A stretch of 64,000 nt of DNA, taken from NCBI GenBank assembly GCA_036785375.1, contig JAWMAR010000032.1, forward strand, positions 4,712,001 through 4,776,000, written 5' to 3'. The stretch comes from Leucoraja ocellata. Its lineage: Eukaryota. The notes under the pieces are model-generated. The model did no database searches. It saw nothing but the letters and a program-made list of their open reading frames with translations, and was not told where the DNA came from. Position 1 is the first letter of the stretch, and every line of letters starts with the position of its first letter. Below, piece by piece: positions 1-13,060 of the stretch. Made by a program: the position numbers and the translations under genes.

Positions 1-60
1 CAGGCAGCATCTCTGGAGAGAAGGAATGAGTGACTTTTCGGGTCGAGACCCTTCTTCAAG
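1..60 (-). mobile_element. Penelope-like element terminal-repeat fragment
   Basis: Same GCAGCATCTCTGGAGAGAAGGAATG..TTTCGGGTCGAGACCCTTCTTCA sequence as the copies near 48470, 54170 and 60241. Confidence 0.7.
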
Positions 61-61
61 C

Positions 62-715
62 TTCTTATCCAGGTTTTCCAGGGATGAGTGTAGGGGCAGG
101 TAGATAGCATCAGCCACGGACCTGTTATGGTAGTAGGCGGATTGCAGTGGATCATGGTTGCTTGGTAGACTGGAGTCAATAAGTTCTATTGCCAGCCTCT
201 CAAAGCACTTCATGATGGTGGATGTCAAGGCCACTGGACGGTAGTCATTAAGGCATGAGATCTTACTTTTCTTTGGCACCAGAATAATTGTGGCCTTCTT
301 GAAGCAGGTGGATACCTCAGAACAGAGTAGGGAGAGATTAAAGATGTCTGTGAAAACACCCGCTAGTTGGTCCGCTAAGTTTCTAAGGACGCGGCCAGGG
401 ACTCCATCTGGGCCAGTTGCTTTTCATGGGTTCACCCCTGGGAAGGCCAAACTTACATCTACAACAGCGACTGCGGGTACAGGCATACTCTAATCTGCTG
501 GGACAGATGTCATCTACCCAAAGTGAGCATAGAATGCATTACGTTATCACTAGCGATACTGCCTGCCTGGCATTGGTTTATAACCCGTGACAGTATTCAA
601 GCCTTGTCACAGTCAACGGGTGTGTCGAGGCTTATTGGTAGCGGAGTACAGTTCATTCAGAGCAAGCATGCCATCAGCATTGTGAGGAATGTGGATTGCA
701 CTCAGGATAGCTGAG
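62..715 (-). mobile_element. Degenerate Rex1/Babar LINE RT fragment
   Basis: Minus-strand translation includes [19 protein letters not shown] and [25 protein letters not shown], homologous to the RT at 24310. Confidence 0.8.
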
Positions 716-1994
716 GAGAATTCCTGCTGTACCTTCAAGGTGATGTAAAGCTGAGCTCTATTTGGAAAAGACTACATAGCTCATCCAGACTTCACAATGT
801 CTACATTTTAATTTAGTGTTTTAATTTGTTTTGTTAGCAATGTTATTTTTGTAATTAATTGAAGGCTTATTAAATGGTCTTTTTAATACAGCATTAAAGT
901 GTTCTATACAGGGTTCAGGTCCTGCATTTGAAGGGATAAGTGCTCCATTATACAGAATATTTTTCCATGATTGCTTTGATGTTGACTGGCTGGTTCCAAT
1001 AACTTATTAGCTGAGAATAAAGCTAACATTGTAATTAAAATTCTGGGTAGAAAAGCTGTCTTTTCACACGAGAACCTGTTCCTGCTTTCTCAACCAAATA
1101 GGGATTTAGAAAGTCCATAAAATATAGTGGATATTAGTTTCTGATTCATTTCAATAAAGTGAATATTTTTAGTGCTTTCTGATATGTATCTGAAAAGTCA
1201 TGGCACCTATTACGCATCTATATTATAAATGAGTACATTTATTTTGCAAAGAAATCTTAATCTATACTTGAAGAACCCTGGTAACTAAGGCTGTGAGCCA
1301 AGTGCTGGAGGGTAGGATAAGGCTGGGTGGCTCTTTAACAAGAACAGGTACTGTGGGGTGAATGGCCTCCCTGTAAGATTATTTTTCCTCCTGTTATTGC
1401 CTGTACACAATTGGCCATGTGTGCAAGAAATGTGTAATACCTTACACTTAACAGCCAGTCAGGGAAATGAGCATGCATTCAATATATATTTGGAAGAAAA
1501 TTGACTTGGTAAATGGACCTTGTGTTTTTTAAATCCCTGTAGTGTATTCCAGTGCATAACTTGTAGATTTGTTAGCATGTTAGAATTTGATTGTTTTAAT
1601 TTTTCAGTCTAATGGACAGTATTCTGTCATGTTTCTGATCTAGGCATTAAGGATGTGCTAATTAATTGTTTGCTGCAGAGTACATGGCCTTGTCGCTCCT
1701 TATTGGGTTTCTGGTTAAGAATCATTTTCTCTCCTCTCCCCTCCCCCTAAAGGAATATCAGAATGCTTGTTAATGGCAGATGACTTGATGATAATCATGT
1801 GTCTAATTAAAGGTCACATCATCCCCACATAGATTTGTTAAATGGAAGCCACTTTCTAGTCATGCATTTCTAATCAAGTTGGACTCTTTCTGTGACTGAA
1901 TGCCTGTTCCCACACTTAATCTTTGTTGTCAGCCATTAAACTTGAAAATGATATCTTGGCAAAGGTTATCAAGCACACTTCATATTTTCCCCCA

Positions 1995-2221
1995 TGTGTC
2001 CCAAACATTATGGTGCCCTGAAATGGGGGGGACTATGTATAAACACAGCTGTAATTTCTACATGGTGAAACCAAAATGTGTAAAAATGGCCTTTAATAAA
2101 ATCTGACAATGTGCACTTTAACCACATGTGATTTTTTTCCTATTACAAATCTCAAATTGTGGAGTACAGAGACAAATAAATAAATGATGGATCTTTGTCC
2201 CAAACATTATGGAGGGCACTG
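1995..2221. mobile_element. Solo right IR/DR terminal repeat of the Tc1 family seen at 28007-30168
   Basis: Near-identical to 29960-30168; two TGTCCCAAACATTATGG direct repeats; ends GGGCACTG|TA. Confidence 0.85.
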
Positions 2222-2228
2222 TAGGTTA

Positions 2229-3045
2229 GTTCCTGAGGTTGATCACATGATGGCAGCCTCTGCCTATAGTCTGTCTGTTTTTCCATTTATTTTTAGTCTG
2301 TTTAAAATGTATGTGTTGGCGTTTCCTAGTATTTGTATGTGGAGGGGGGGGGGAGGTGGGTAGGGTAAGGGGGAAACTGTTTGCCAGTCACTTCCTGGCG
2401 AGGATGCGACTATTCTCCAAGTCACGTCCTCCCCCCCCCCCCCTCGCAGCCGACCAACTGGATTGGCGGGCCTTTCTTGCCAGAGACCGGACCAGATGCC
2501 GTACCTGGATCAGCGTTTGGAGCTCCGAAGTGTTGGGCCTGCTGCTTCAACATCGTGGAGCTGTGTTTTGAGGAACTCCCAGCCGCGGGCAGTGCTGACT
2601 TCAACATCGCGGAGTCCTGGGATCACTTTGCCGAGGGCCACCAGCGTGAATCTCCGCTCAGCTCGGCCTGTGGACTTCGGGAGCCGCGGTCTCCCCGTAA
2701 GAAGTGGCCGATTCGGAAATCCAAGCCGCTGAGGGTTTCTCCCGTTCCGACGTCGGAATTCCATCATCCCAGCCTGAACATCGGGCCACCATTGCGGCCA
2801 TTGCGGGGGCTCGGGAGGCCCCGACCAAGGGTGAACATCAAAGAAGATCAAAGAGGAGTATGGCTGAACTTTGGTGCCTTCGCTCACAGTGGGAAACTTT
2901 GATTCCGCTGTGTGGGGATGTTTATGTTAAAAACTATCGTGTTCTGTGTTTTTTTTATTGGTATAGCTGTATGGTGACCCCAAATGTCACTGTACCAATT
3001 GGTGCATGTGACAATAAATGTCTCTTGTCTCTCTTGTCTTGTCTA
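2229..3045 (+). mobile_element. GC-rich non-autonomous retroposon with a Rex1/Babar-type tail
   Basis: Head GATGGCAGCCTCTGCCTATAGTCTGTC is shared with 28537-29320; ends TGACAATAAA followed by (TCTTG)n. Start position approximate. Confidence 0.65.
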
Positions 3046-3789
3046 AACTCTCCTGACCACCACCCCAGCAGTGAGACCTTGCTCGCAGTGAGAACAAGAC
3101 ACTTAATGAACACTGCTACTCATCCTCTTGGATTGCTTTCCATCACCAGTGGTCTTGTACCAGTTTTGTCAGTGAAAGCCGGCAGACCAGTGCAGAAACT
3201 CTAGACCTCTCCTTGAAAACCTAGGGCAGCAGGAATTTCTTCGAACTTTTGGTCAGCTCTGCACTCCCTCAGTTCTCTGTGGTGTTCACGTCTGTCTCAG
3301 TTGACAGAGGCAGATGTAAGCTGTGGGAGCGGGAGCACCCCATTTAGCTGCCATTATTCCCCCAACATGTACAATGATAAGTAAATGTGCAATTTGCAGG
3401 AATCTGGCTGTAAATTGCTACAGCATTTCTGACTTGTGAGGCATTATAATTCAGAGTAGTTTGATTTCCTGTGAAGTAACTGAGTTTAATCATTTTGCAT
3501 GTGGACTGTATTTGATATTTGGCACTGAACATCACTGGAAAGGACCTTTTGGCACCAAGAACCTGGCTTTTATTCTGACCTTGTTGTGTCTGTGAAATTT
3601 GCACAATCTTCCTTTTACAGCATAGGTTTTCTGCCAGGTTTCCATGCACATCACAAAGTCTTGGTGAATTAGCTACTCTCAATCATTCTTTAACATAGAT
3701 AAATGACAGAGAATATAAGGAAAGTTGATGGATATTATGGGAGAGAATTAAGTGTTGCGCTACAAGAGGAAAGGGGAATTGGATGTATT

Positions 3790-4680
3790 GGCTTACAGCA
3801 GCACCTGTGGAAGTAAAAGACAACATTTCAGGTCGAGATCTTGCTTCAGGGTTGAGGGAACACAAAATATCGAAGGCAGTACAATGTGGAGTCAGATGGA
3901 GACGGGTAGGTGATGTGTGAAGCCAGATGGGGTGGGGTTGATGTGGACATGAAACCAGGTGGGGAGGAGGGGTAGGACAGAGGCTGGTAGGTGATAGGTG
4001 TTGGCAGATTGGGAGTGGATGGGCAAATGGAATTGGGTGGAGAGGGTGGGATACAGGCAGGTAAGGTGATAGGTAGAGCCACATGGACAGATAGCATAGT
4101 TGGGGTGAGAGAATGGGAAGGATGAACAATGGGGAGGAAACTTGGTGGAAAGGCAAATGTGTGTGTATTTATGTGGGAGGAGAGCATCGAGGGTATCGGT
4201 TATATTGGAAAATTCCATGTTGATATCATTGTTGTAAGCATCCCAAGCAGAATGCAGATATTCCAATTTGTATTAGACTACTCCATCACAATGGAGAAGG
4301 CAAGGAACTGCCAATTGAAGCAGGGGTGTAAAGGAATTAAAATTAAAAGTACGTGCAACTGGGAGATTGAAATGGTTATTGTGGATAGGCCCCATTATTT
4401 TCCCCTACACGTTCATTTGTCCATTAGTTTCCTTCTCACTTTGTTCATTCCCTTAATCCCTCCCATTCCCCCCACCTGATTCCATCTGCCATAATCTGCT
4501 TCACACAAACCACCTACTAGCCACAGTCCCACCCCTCTTCGTGCTGGTAAATGCTGGCAATCTTTCCAGTTTCCCCTCAATCCTCCAGTAGGGTAGCGAC
4601 CTGAAACATGGACATGCACCTTTTCCCACCACAGATGCTGCTTGATATGTTGAGTCCTTACAGCGGTTCTGTTTTTTATC
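3790..4680 (-). mobile_element. Old Penelope-like element 3' end with an inverted terminal repeat
   Basis: Minus strand 4200-4395 encodes a decayed GIY-YIG C-terminus (..LEYLH..DINMEFSN), followed by the pyrimidine-rich UTR and tail. An inverted copy of the tail lies at ~4400-4680. Confidence 0.65.
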
Positions 4681-5647
4681 CTGGTGTATCTTTGTCCTGA
4701 TTAGTATTAGACTCCAGGTGGTTTGTCCAGTTTCGTTATTTTCTTGGTGGCTTGCTAGAACTGAGTGGTTTAGTCAATCAATTTGCAGGAGAAATTGGGA
4801 ATCACCCCCAGAGCTGGGACTGGCATCTCACACTGATATCTAATTTATTTCCCTAAAGAATATCATAGGATAGGGTTTTTGTCTTACAATAAACTAGTAA
4901 TTGTATGGCCACCATATTATATCTAATAATTTTCACTGAATAAAGACGTGCAGAATAGAAATTCCTTGGCTCTCACATGATATGGGGTGGAGGGGCACAG
5001 GGCACAGAGGATCCAGAATTTGGCAAGCGCTGGAAATTCAAAAATAAGCTGAACAATGCTGGTAAAATTGTTTTACCTTGGCATTTAATGATGGCCACAT
5101 TGTTAATCTTTCATTGTGCTAGGTGTATTATTGACATGACAGCTTCATTTGCTATTTAGTTTATGAAAAACCATTCCTGATATTTTCAACTAAAAATGTT
5201 GCTAGGAATGAGAAATGCTTAGCTGTTGAGCAGCATCTGTGGAGAGGGGAGCAGAGTTAATTAGACATTTGCGGAATTTGTTTGCTTAACTGGTTGCTTA
5301 GGAACAGTTTATTACTGTTAAAAAACTAACAGCATTGACAATGTGCATTTCAATCTGGACATTTATTATCCTTTTTCCCCAGCATTTCATTTTATTATTA
5401 TAACATTTCAGCTTAATTATATATCTTTACGATCACCACATTCAATGATGCATTCAGTATGTTGAAGGAAGTATTTAGAATGCCGATAACCAGAGTGTGA
5501 TTTGTAATTATATAGAACCCCCCCCTTAAGTTTTCCAACAAGACATGCACCATATTTGAGCAGATATTGCAGTTCCATGTTTGTTGCTAGTTCATATCCT
5601 ATAATTTCTCTGAGCACCATCTTTGCAGCAATCTAACATCAAGAACT

Positions 5648-5892
5648 GTTTAAGAAAGAACTGCAGATGTTGGAAAAATCGAAGGTAGACAGAAATGCTG
5701 GAGAAACTCAGCGGGTGAGGCAGCATCTATGTAGCGAGGGAATCGGCGCTTCGGAGAGAGGAGGAGAACCTTTTCAAAATAGACATACCTTGAGGAGATT
5801 TTGCAGTGGAGTAGACGAAATGTTTAAGAAAGAACTGCAGATGCTGGAAAAAGGTAGACAAAAATGCCGGAGAAACTCAGCGGGTGAGGCAG
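5648..5892 (-). mobile_element. Tandem Penelope-like terminal-repeat fragments
   Basis: GTTTAAGAAAGAACTGCAGATG..GGAGAAACTCAGCGGGTGAGGCAG occurs twice, separated by the GGAGAGAGGAGGAGAAC..CCTTGAGGAGATTTTGC segment also found at 54250-54310. Confidence 0.7.
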
Positions 5893-7434
5893 ACGAAGAA
5901 CGGGTGCGTTTTGAAAAGAAATCTAACCACCCCCTTTTCAGGAGAGACAAAAAAAGGGTTAATTTCTTTGCGATTGGCACCTGCAAGCTGAGACCAAAAA
6001 ATGTGTTTATAATATGCTTTAAAGCAGCCCATTTTGCATCTGCCAAACTATGGGGAGCAGGTGTTGCAATTTATATCAGATTCCTCATTCAAAGCCAACT
6101 AAGGATTGCCGTTTCAGGAGCACCAAATGGCATGTTGTAGTTTTAAGCAAAGGGATGCTTGTGATGGAGGGGTGAATACTATGATGTTTACATTTTACAG
6201 CTGAAAATCTTAACTTTCAATTCTATTTTTCAATACAGTAAACCCTCCTTTTAACAGATCCCTTTGTAATGAATTTTGATTATAGAAGACGGAGCTGTCT
6301 ACGCCACCCGAAGCCCGCACCACCTCTTCTCTGCTTACAGCCCCGGCTGCAAACGCCATGTCTGGCTCCCAAGGTGCACCAGTAAGCCTATTTTGAAGCG
6401 GCTGTTGTTGCAGCTCGCGTTGTAGCCCCTGGCCATCAGCACTTTCATCAGGTCCCCACCACTGACATGACGCGCCCGGTCACCGTGGGACTCACTCCCC
6501 TCACACTCGGAGTTTCTTCTTCCATTGCCATGTCCACTCCGCACCTCCTCCTTCTACGACGCCTCCTCCTCCTCATCCCTTTGCTTTGTCCACTTGGCTT
6601 CTCCCACCCCCCCATATAATTAGCTAGTTACCTATTGTAGCTAATTACAAAATTGACAGTTGTGACGGAAATAGTAATAAACACCCAGACTGCCTTGAAA
6701 ATTCAAAAATGTGATATTCTCAAGACCAGAACTTTAATATTATTGTATTATATGCTGTAAGTCCGTAACAGATACGTAAATAAATTACAATTTCTAGCAT
6801 AGACCAAGTCTTTATGGAGAAGATCAGTTGCTAGCTGGTACATTGGCATATCATAATCAGTATCATCATACTCCTCAGATTGTAACTAATAAGCAACTCT
6901 ACGCCTTGTTTTTCCACAACTTTTCAATTTTGGCATTGTAAACTACAAGATTTTGCTCTTCAAACCACGCATGACATGCCTTTCTGCCCTCTACTTTCCC
7001 ATTAAGAATGTCCTGTAGATCATCATATTTGGAGTAGTCCAAATTCGGATAATCTTTGCGAATGCTGTCTAAATCAGTCTCTTTTGCTGGGCATTTGTAT
7101 TGGCAATTTAGCATTTCTTCTTCGAAGACATCTGTTTAAAATTTAAAGGAAAAAAACACTGAACAGCATTAACAGAAACAAGTTATTATTTGCTGTTTTA
7201 GAAAAAAGGTAGAAATGATAAAGTTAAACGCTAAAACAATAGTAAATGCCCAACAAAAAAATCATATTCATCAGTTTCATCAAATCAATGAAATTCATCT
7301 AATCAATCTAAATCCATCTAAATTCAATTACTAGATCTAAACATCTATCCATTTCTTAAGAAAAGGCTAAATTTTTTTAATAGCCTAAGTATCCAAATAA
7401 CAAACTAATCCCATTCACACAAGAATTCACAATA

Positions 7435-9122
7435 CAGGTGCACAACCTTTTATCCGAAAGCCTTGGGACCAGACACTTTTCGTAATTCAGAATTTTTCGG
7501 CTTTCAGAATGGAAGATTTTTAGCGTAGATTTTAACGGCTGGCTCAGTGGTAGAGTGCTCGGCTCATATCCACAAGGTCGCGAGTTTGCGCCTCGATCCC
7601 GGCAGTTACTCGATCGCGAGTTTGAGTCTTCAATGTAGTTTTTTCTTGCAGAATAGGAGAGAATAGGGAGGGTTAGGCTGGGATCATTCTCTGCAAGATA
7701 ATCTTAGTGCGGGAGACAAGTGTAGGAGAGGTGTACTGACTGTGTGGGCAGAACTTTGGAAGTGATTGCCCACCATTCTCAAAAGCCGCTGTGTCTCCCT
7801 GTCCCTCCAACTCCAGAGGAATCCACTCCCCAATGGGCCACTACGGCGACAAGTGGCAGTTCGCCCACAGCCCAAGCTGCGCCCCCTCATCCGCAACCCG
7901 GGTTCCTCTGGAGTTGGAGCGGGGCTGGGCTAGAGTTGTTGCTGGCTGTGAGTCTCTGGGATCTCCGTACTTGCAGTGGGCCTGGGGGTCGGTGTCCCGA
8001 TGAGGGGGCGCAGCTCGGGCTGTGGGCGAACTGCCACTTGTCGCTGTAGCGGCGCATCGGGGAGCGGCTTCTGGTGGTCCTGACGTCTCTCAGCTCCTGT
8101 CCAGGGGGGTGGCCGGAGACGTCAGGACCAACAGGAACCCACTCTCCGATGGGCCGCTACAGCGACAAGTGGCAGTTCGCCCACAGCCCGAGCTGCGCCC
8201 CCTCATCCGCAACCCGGGTTCCTCTGGAGTTGGAGCGGGGCTGGGCTAGAGTTGCTGCTGGCTGTGAGTCTCTGGGATCTCCGTGCTTGCAGTCGGTGTC
8301 CCGTTGGTCCTGACGTCTCCGGTCACCCCTCTGGACTGGAGCTGAGACTGGGAACTGTACCGCCCTTGCCCCCTCCCTCTGCAACTGCAAACAACCCCAC
8401 AGTTCCCAGTCTCAGCTCCTGTACAGGGGGGTGGCCGGAGACGTCACAGCCCGAGCTGCGCCCCCTCATCCGCAACCTCAAGACCAAGACGCACCTTGCA
8501 CACAATCACCTCCTGTCCCTACGGGGAGCGTGTTCCTCTGGAATTGGAACGGGGCTGGGCTGCTGCTGGCTGTGGGTCTCTGGGATCTCCGTGCTTGCAG
8601 TGGGCCTGGGGGCCGGTGTCCCGTTGGTCCTGACGTCTCCGGTGATTGGCACTGGCTCCGACGTGAAGACAGTGCAAAACCCCCGCGCCGGTGCAATGGG
8701 CGGGGAGCTGGAGAGGGGAGGGAAGGGGGTCACACACATGGCCTGGAAGCAGAGGGGTGTAGGTGGGGTGAAACTTAAGGGAGCGACAATTTGCTGCTGC
8801 CTGCCCGCTGAGTTAAAAAGTTCTCATGCAAGACTCACGATACACTGTGTATCGTGAGTCTACCGTGGGAACTTTTAAACTCAGCGGGCAGGCAGCAGCA
8901 GATTGTCAATTATTAACCCTCCCGCGCAATATACCCTCACCTTCTCTTTTATGAATGGGGATTTAGTTCCCCTTTCTTCGAGGACCGACCGAAGGTTCCG
9001 CTGTCACCTCTGCGGGCCGCCCTCGGTGAACGTTTTCAAGGACCTTTCTTCAAGGACTGAAAAAATGTCGCTATTCGGAGGTTTTCGTTATTTGGATCTT
9101 CGGATAAAAGGTTGTGCACCTG
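7435..9122. mobile_element. Non-autonomous Tc1/mariner-superfamily (pogo/Tigger-like) element
   Basis: Perfect 24-bp TIR CAGGTGCACAACCTTTTATCCGAA; TA target duplication at 7433-7434 and 9123-9124; no transposase ORF. Confidence 0.9.
7790..8645. repeat. Mosaic of direct and inverted GC-rich blocks inside the TA-flanked element
   Basis: A ~150-bp block occurs at ~7823-7980 and ~8138-8295, partially at 8447-8475 and 8530-8645, and inverted at ~7999-8053. Confidence 0.85.
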
Positions 9123-11509
9123 TATAACATGATTTTTAAATCTCACTGTCATGAACTTATGCCAAATGGAAGGGATTTAATGTTTAATTCCCATAAATTA
9201 ATCTAGAAACATCCACTCTCAATATAATCAAAACTATTTTTTTTGCACAATACGTGTGACTAAAACTGTTGTGTATATTTAGTATAAAAATATTGATTAT
9301 GGATAGACAATTACACAAAATATAGACTATTTAGATGCTCTTATGACATGATTGTCCAAAAAAAAGAGAATTTTAATCATCTTGCGAGTGGGTGTTTCTG
9401 GAATGCGATCGATTGGAACGTTGTCCTATTGTCATCTGTCCTAATATCTTTAATATCTGTTATATAATACCCAAATAAGACATCAGCCTCTTGAGTGTAA
9501 ATTAGTAGAATAATTAATTAACACAATTTTTGTTAGTGCAAAGGCTTATTTATGTATGGGGATAGGTGTTAATGTGTTTATAAATACTGTAGAATGGAAG
9601 GAATGACAGAAGAAATGTATCACTCTGAATTGAACCACAAAAGAAATGTCTGAACTGTTGCTTTAGAGAAATGTTTTAACTTGGGAAGGGGTTAACTTCC
9701 CCCTTCCCAAGTTGACACACACAATGCAACCTCTTGGGATTTGGTATTATCGCAGGGGGTGTTAGCGTGATTCAAGGTAATTTCATTGTATTGGCTTTTT
9801 TTCAAGTATATTGTTCAGATGCAGAGTATTTTTTGTCATATGCACGAGGGTGCAATGAAATTCCTTGTTCACATGAAGCCTGCAGAGTAAAAGGTAAGCA
9901 TAGAGCAATATTGTTCTTCCACATATAATTGGTTAAGCATCAAATTAATGAAATACATCTTAAATTGCACCGTAACATTTTATTTGATTTACAGTATGAA
10001 ATTACACTATTGAGCATTGTGAGCCATGCTAATTTCTCGTAATATGATGCCAGATGACTATGCGGGTCATTGTGGTTCCCCAGCAACATGGAGCAGAAAG
10101 AAATCTAATGCCCTGAAGGTGTATACTTGCCATGTTAAACTGCTGTTGAACATTCTATCGTGCAAGTTTAATTGCATGGTGTGATTATTATATGTTGGTG
10201 TAGATTCTGTTTCAACAGTTAGCTTTAGATTCTGAAGCAGTTGTTCGTGTGGCAATGTTGAAGTAGTGTATTCAGCAACTAAGATTTGTTTGGGGGTGAG
10301 GGGAAATTGTTTATAAGCAATTTAGAAAAATACTCCATCTTAAACTCACAGATTTTATTTTTAATAATTTTGCAGTGATTTTTAGGTCATGGCTATCTGG
10401 GATGACTGCTCAAGTTTCCAGACTGACTGCGGTGCAGTAGGCGTCTGCCCCATACCATCTGGTTAAGGAATTGGCAAAGGTCCTGATTGTTTCAAGATGT
10501 GGATGAAACATTTCCTTATATGGCAGAAACAATCTCTTGCAAAGCAGGATTTGAGTGAAGCAAATTGTTAAATGTCTATATCGTCTATGTCCTGCAAACT
10601 CCCACTGATTTCCTGCAGTGTAGGAATGTATTTGTACCCACAACTATCCTATGATTCTTTGTTCTATTTAATATTTCGCTCAATGGTGTACAGATCATCA
10701 AAAAGGAAAACAGCATAGGTCGTGCAGATAACCTTGCCATTGAGACCTTTTGTGTGCAGTTATTGCACTTGATGAAGAGACTGATTTTAAGAATGATCAG
10801 ATTAAAGATACAAAACAGCATTTTTATATTATAATTTATCAAGGGCACTGAATTATCAGCATTGGGAGGGACATCAAGGAATAGAACATTAATAATCTAA
10901 TTTGTAGGCTCTGAAAAATCACTTTTGCTCACTCTCTGTTAAGCCCCCTGACATTGGGCTATACTTTTATACTTATCACAATATTTATAACATTAGCAAG
11001 TTTTCTGACTGCTAATGTTCCCACTTTACAGCTGGTAAATTTTCTATTTATTTCCAGAAAATGAAGGTTGTACATTTCCATTTGGAAGGTATAATTATGG
11101 CCTAATTTAGAAAATCAAACAAAACAGGCTTAAACATAAAAATGCACTTGATTAAACAAACTGTAGATCAAAATTGATGTGAGTTCAGATTATATTTTAT
11201 GATAGTTTTTTACATTTAAGGATATGTTCAGAATGAAGCCATGACATTGTGCACTGACCTTTACAATGTCTCACTTTAATAAAGGGTTCCCACCAAATTG
11301 AGATAAATCATTGAATGAACATAAAAGGAATCACGCCAACTAGTTTTACCGTGTGGCTCAATGTTTTGTGGCACAATAACAACACCAGATAGCGCATGCT
11401 GAACCGATTTGCAGGTCAAAACTGGACATCGTAAGATACAATGAAACGTAACAAATGCACATCATCACAATCTGTAAGTACCTAACTTGACCGGTTTCTC
11501 CTATATCAT

Positions 11510-12560
11510 CATAACTCTCAAACCAGGGAATCAACTTCTGTTCAGTGGGAGTACAGGAGGCATGCCAGTAGTTGCATCAGGCATGCATACAAATAAGTGA
11601 AGCCACAGCACAGGATTACATGAGATGTACACCATTCAAAAAGAAAGCTAAGTGATCTCTTAACCAATGAATCAAAGCTCTACAATTGTGTTTCATCGGG
11701 TCTTGAATGATGGTGAAAAATCAGAATTTTGGAAGTGAAAGAAGGTGCAATAAGAATATCATCAACAGTGGTGAGGCCCAGCATGTGAATCCTAAAATCG
11801 GGGCTGAAATATTCACAGCTGTGTTCATCCCTGCTGTAATACTGAGACTTGCACTCAGAACTCGCTGTGCTTCCAACCAAGTGGTTCCAATACAATTACA
11901 ACTCTGGCATCAACCCAATAAAGTGAAACATTGGCTGGGCATGAACTGTTCACAAACAAAACTGGCTAATACCACTCAATTAGTGTCCACTCAGTCATTA
12001 ACGGAATGATGGGTGGTGCCATTGAAACCACTATCAAGCAGCACTTTTTTGCCAATTGACCTGCTTATTGAAGCACAGTGTGCAGTTCACTAGAACCATT
12101 CCAGATCTCATTGCAACCTTCGCCAAACGTGGACCAAAGAGTTGAATTCTAGAAGTGAGTTAAGAGTTGCTACTTTTGAGTTGGAGTCCTCCTCTGTTCA
12201 AAGGAACATGGTTTGGTTGTTAGAAGCCAATTATCCTGCCCCAGGACACCGGGAGTTAAACAGCGCGTTTTGTCGTCATTGTTAGTCTCAGTTGCTCAGG
12301 CAAATTCCTTCCTTCATATATTAGAAATGGGAAGATTCACTGATGATTGAACAATGTTCAGATGCATTCTTAATAGGTGAATTGGCCAATATCTGTTCAT
12401 AAGACTTGGGCAACATTAAGGTATAGGCTGATAAGTGGCTAGTAACATTTGTACCACAGATGTGGTAGGCAATGACAATTGCCAACATGGAAAAGTCTAA
12501 CTACCTATATTTGACAGTCAGTGGAACTGCTGTTGCTTAAGCTCCCATTATCAATGACCT
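11510..12560 (+). mobile_element. Highly decayed CR1/L2-group LINE ORF2 fragment
   Basis: Residual motifs IPAVILR..APTK, FSYNYNSG and a GAAGATTCACTGATGAT (FADD-like) segment, with many indels. Confidence 0.5.
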
Positions 12561-12834
12561 TGTAACTTTTTCTCTCGTTTATTATATTGTTTACAGTGTA
12601 CTTTGTTTACATATTCTGTTGTGCTGCAGCAAGTAAGAATTTCATTGTTCTATTTGGGACTTATGACAATAAAGCACTCTTGACTTGACTCAAGTTTCCC
12701 TGAGAGCTGACTGTAGCCCCTGCTACTTATTACCTCTTGCAACCAATCGGCAACGTGTGATATTCATCATTTTTCACATGTGGACAGCTGATCATTTCCA
12801 GCTGTCTTCACTGTCACTTCTAAAACAGGCACAT

Positions 12835-13060
12835 TTTTTTTACGCAGAGAGTGGTGAGTGGTTGCAACTCCCTGCCGGGGATGGTTGTGGAAGCAGATAT
12901 GATAGTGCCATTTAAGAGGCTTTTAGATAGGCACATAATTTGCAGGGAAAGGAGGGATGTGGATCAAGTGCAGGCAGGGGAGATTAGTTTAACGGCATCA
13001 TGTTTGGCACAAACATATGGACCAAAGGGCCTGTTCCTGTGTTGTACAACTCTTATGTTC
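12835..13060 (+). mobile_element. Old CR1 3' end
   Basis: TTTTTTACGCAGAGAGTGGTGAGT..TTTAAGAGGCTTTTAGATAGGCAC..GGACCAAAGGGCCTGTTCCTGTGTTGTAC..TATGTTCTA, matching the CR1 3' ends in this window. Confidence 0.7.

Larger units (their letters stand above)
6639..9424 (-). mobile_element. Putative DNA-transposon relic carrying a decayed coding exon (6780-7133)
   Basis: Flanked by the direct repeat CCTATTGT (6631-6638 and 9425-9432). Sequence reads continuously across the nested TA insertion. No TIRs recognised. Confidence 0.4.

Noticed and set aside
7536-7632. Functional tRNA-Met gene
   Set aside because: The anticodon and T arms do not pair properly, there is no acceptor stem, and it lies inside a transposon.
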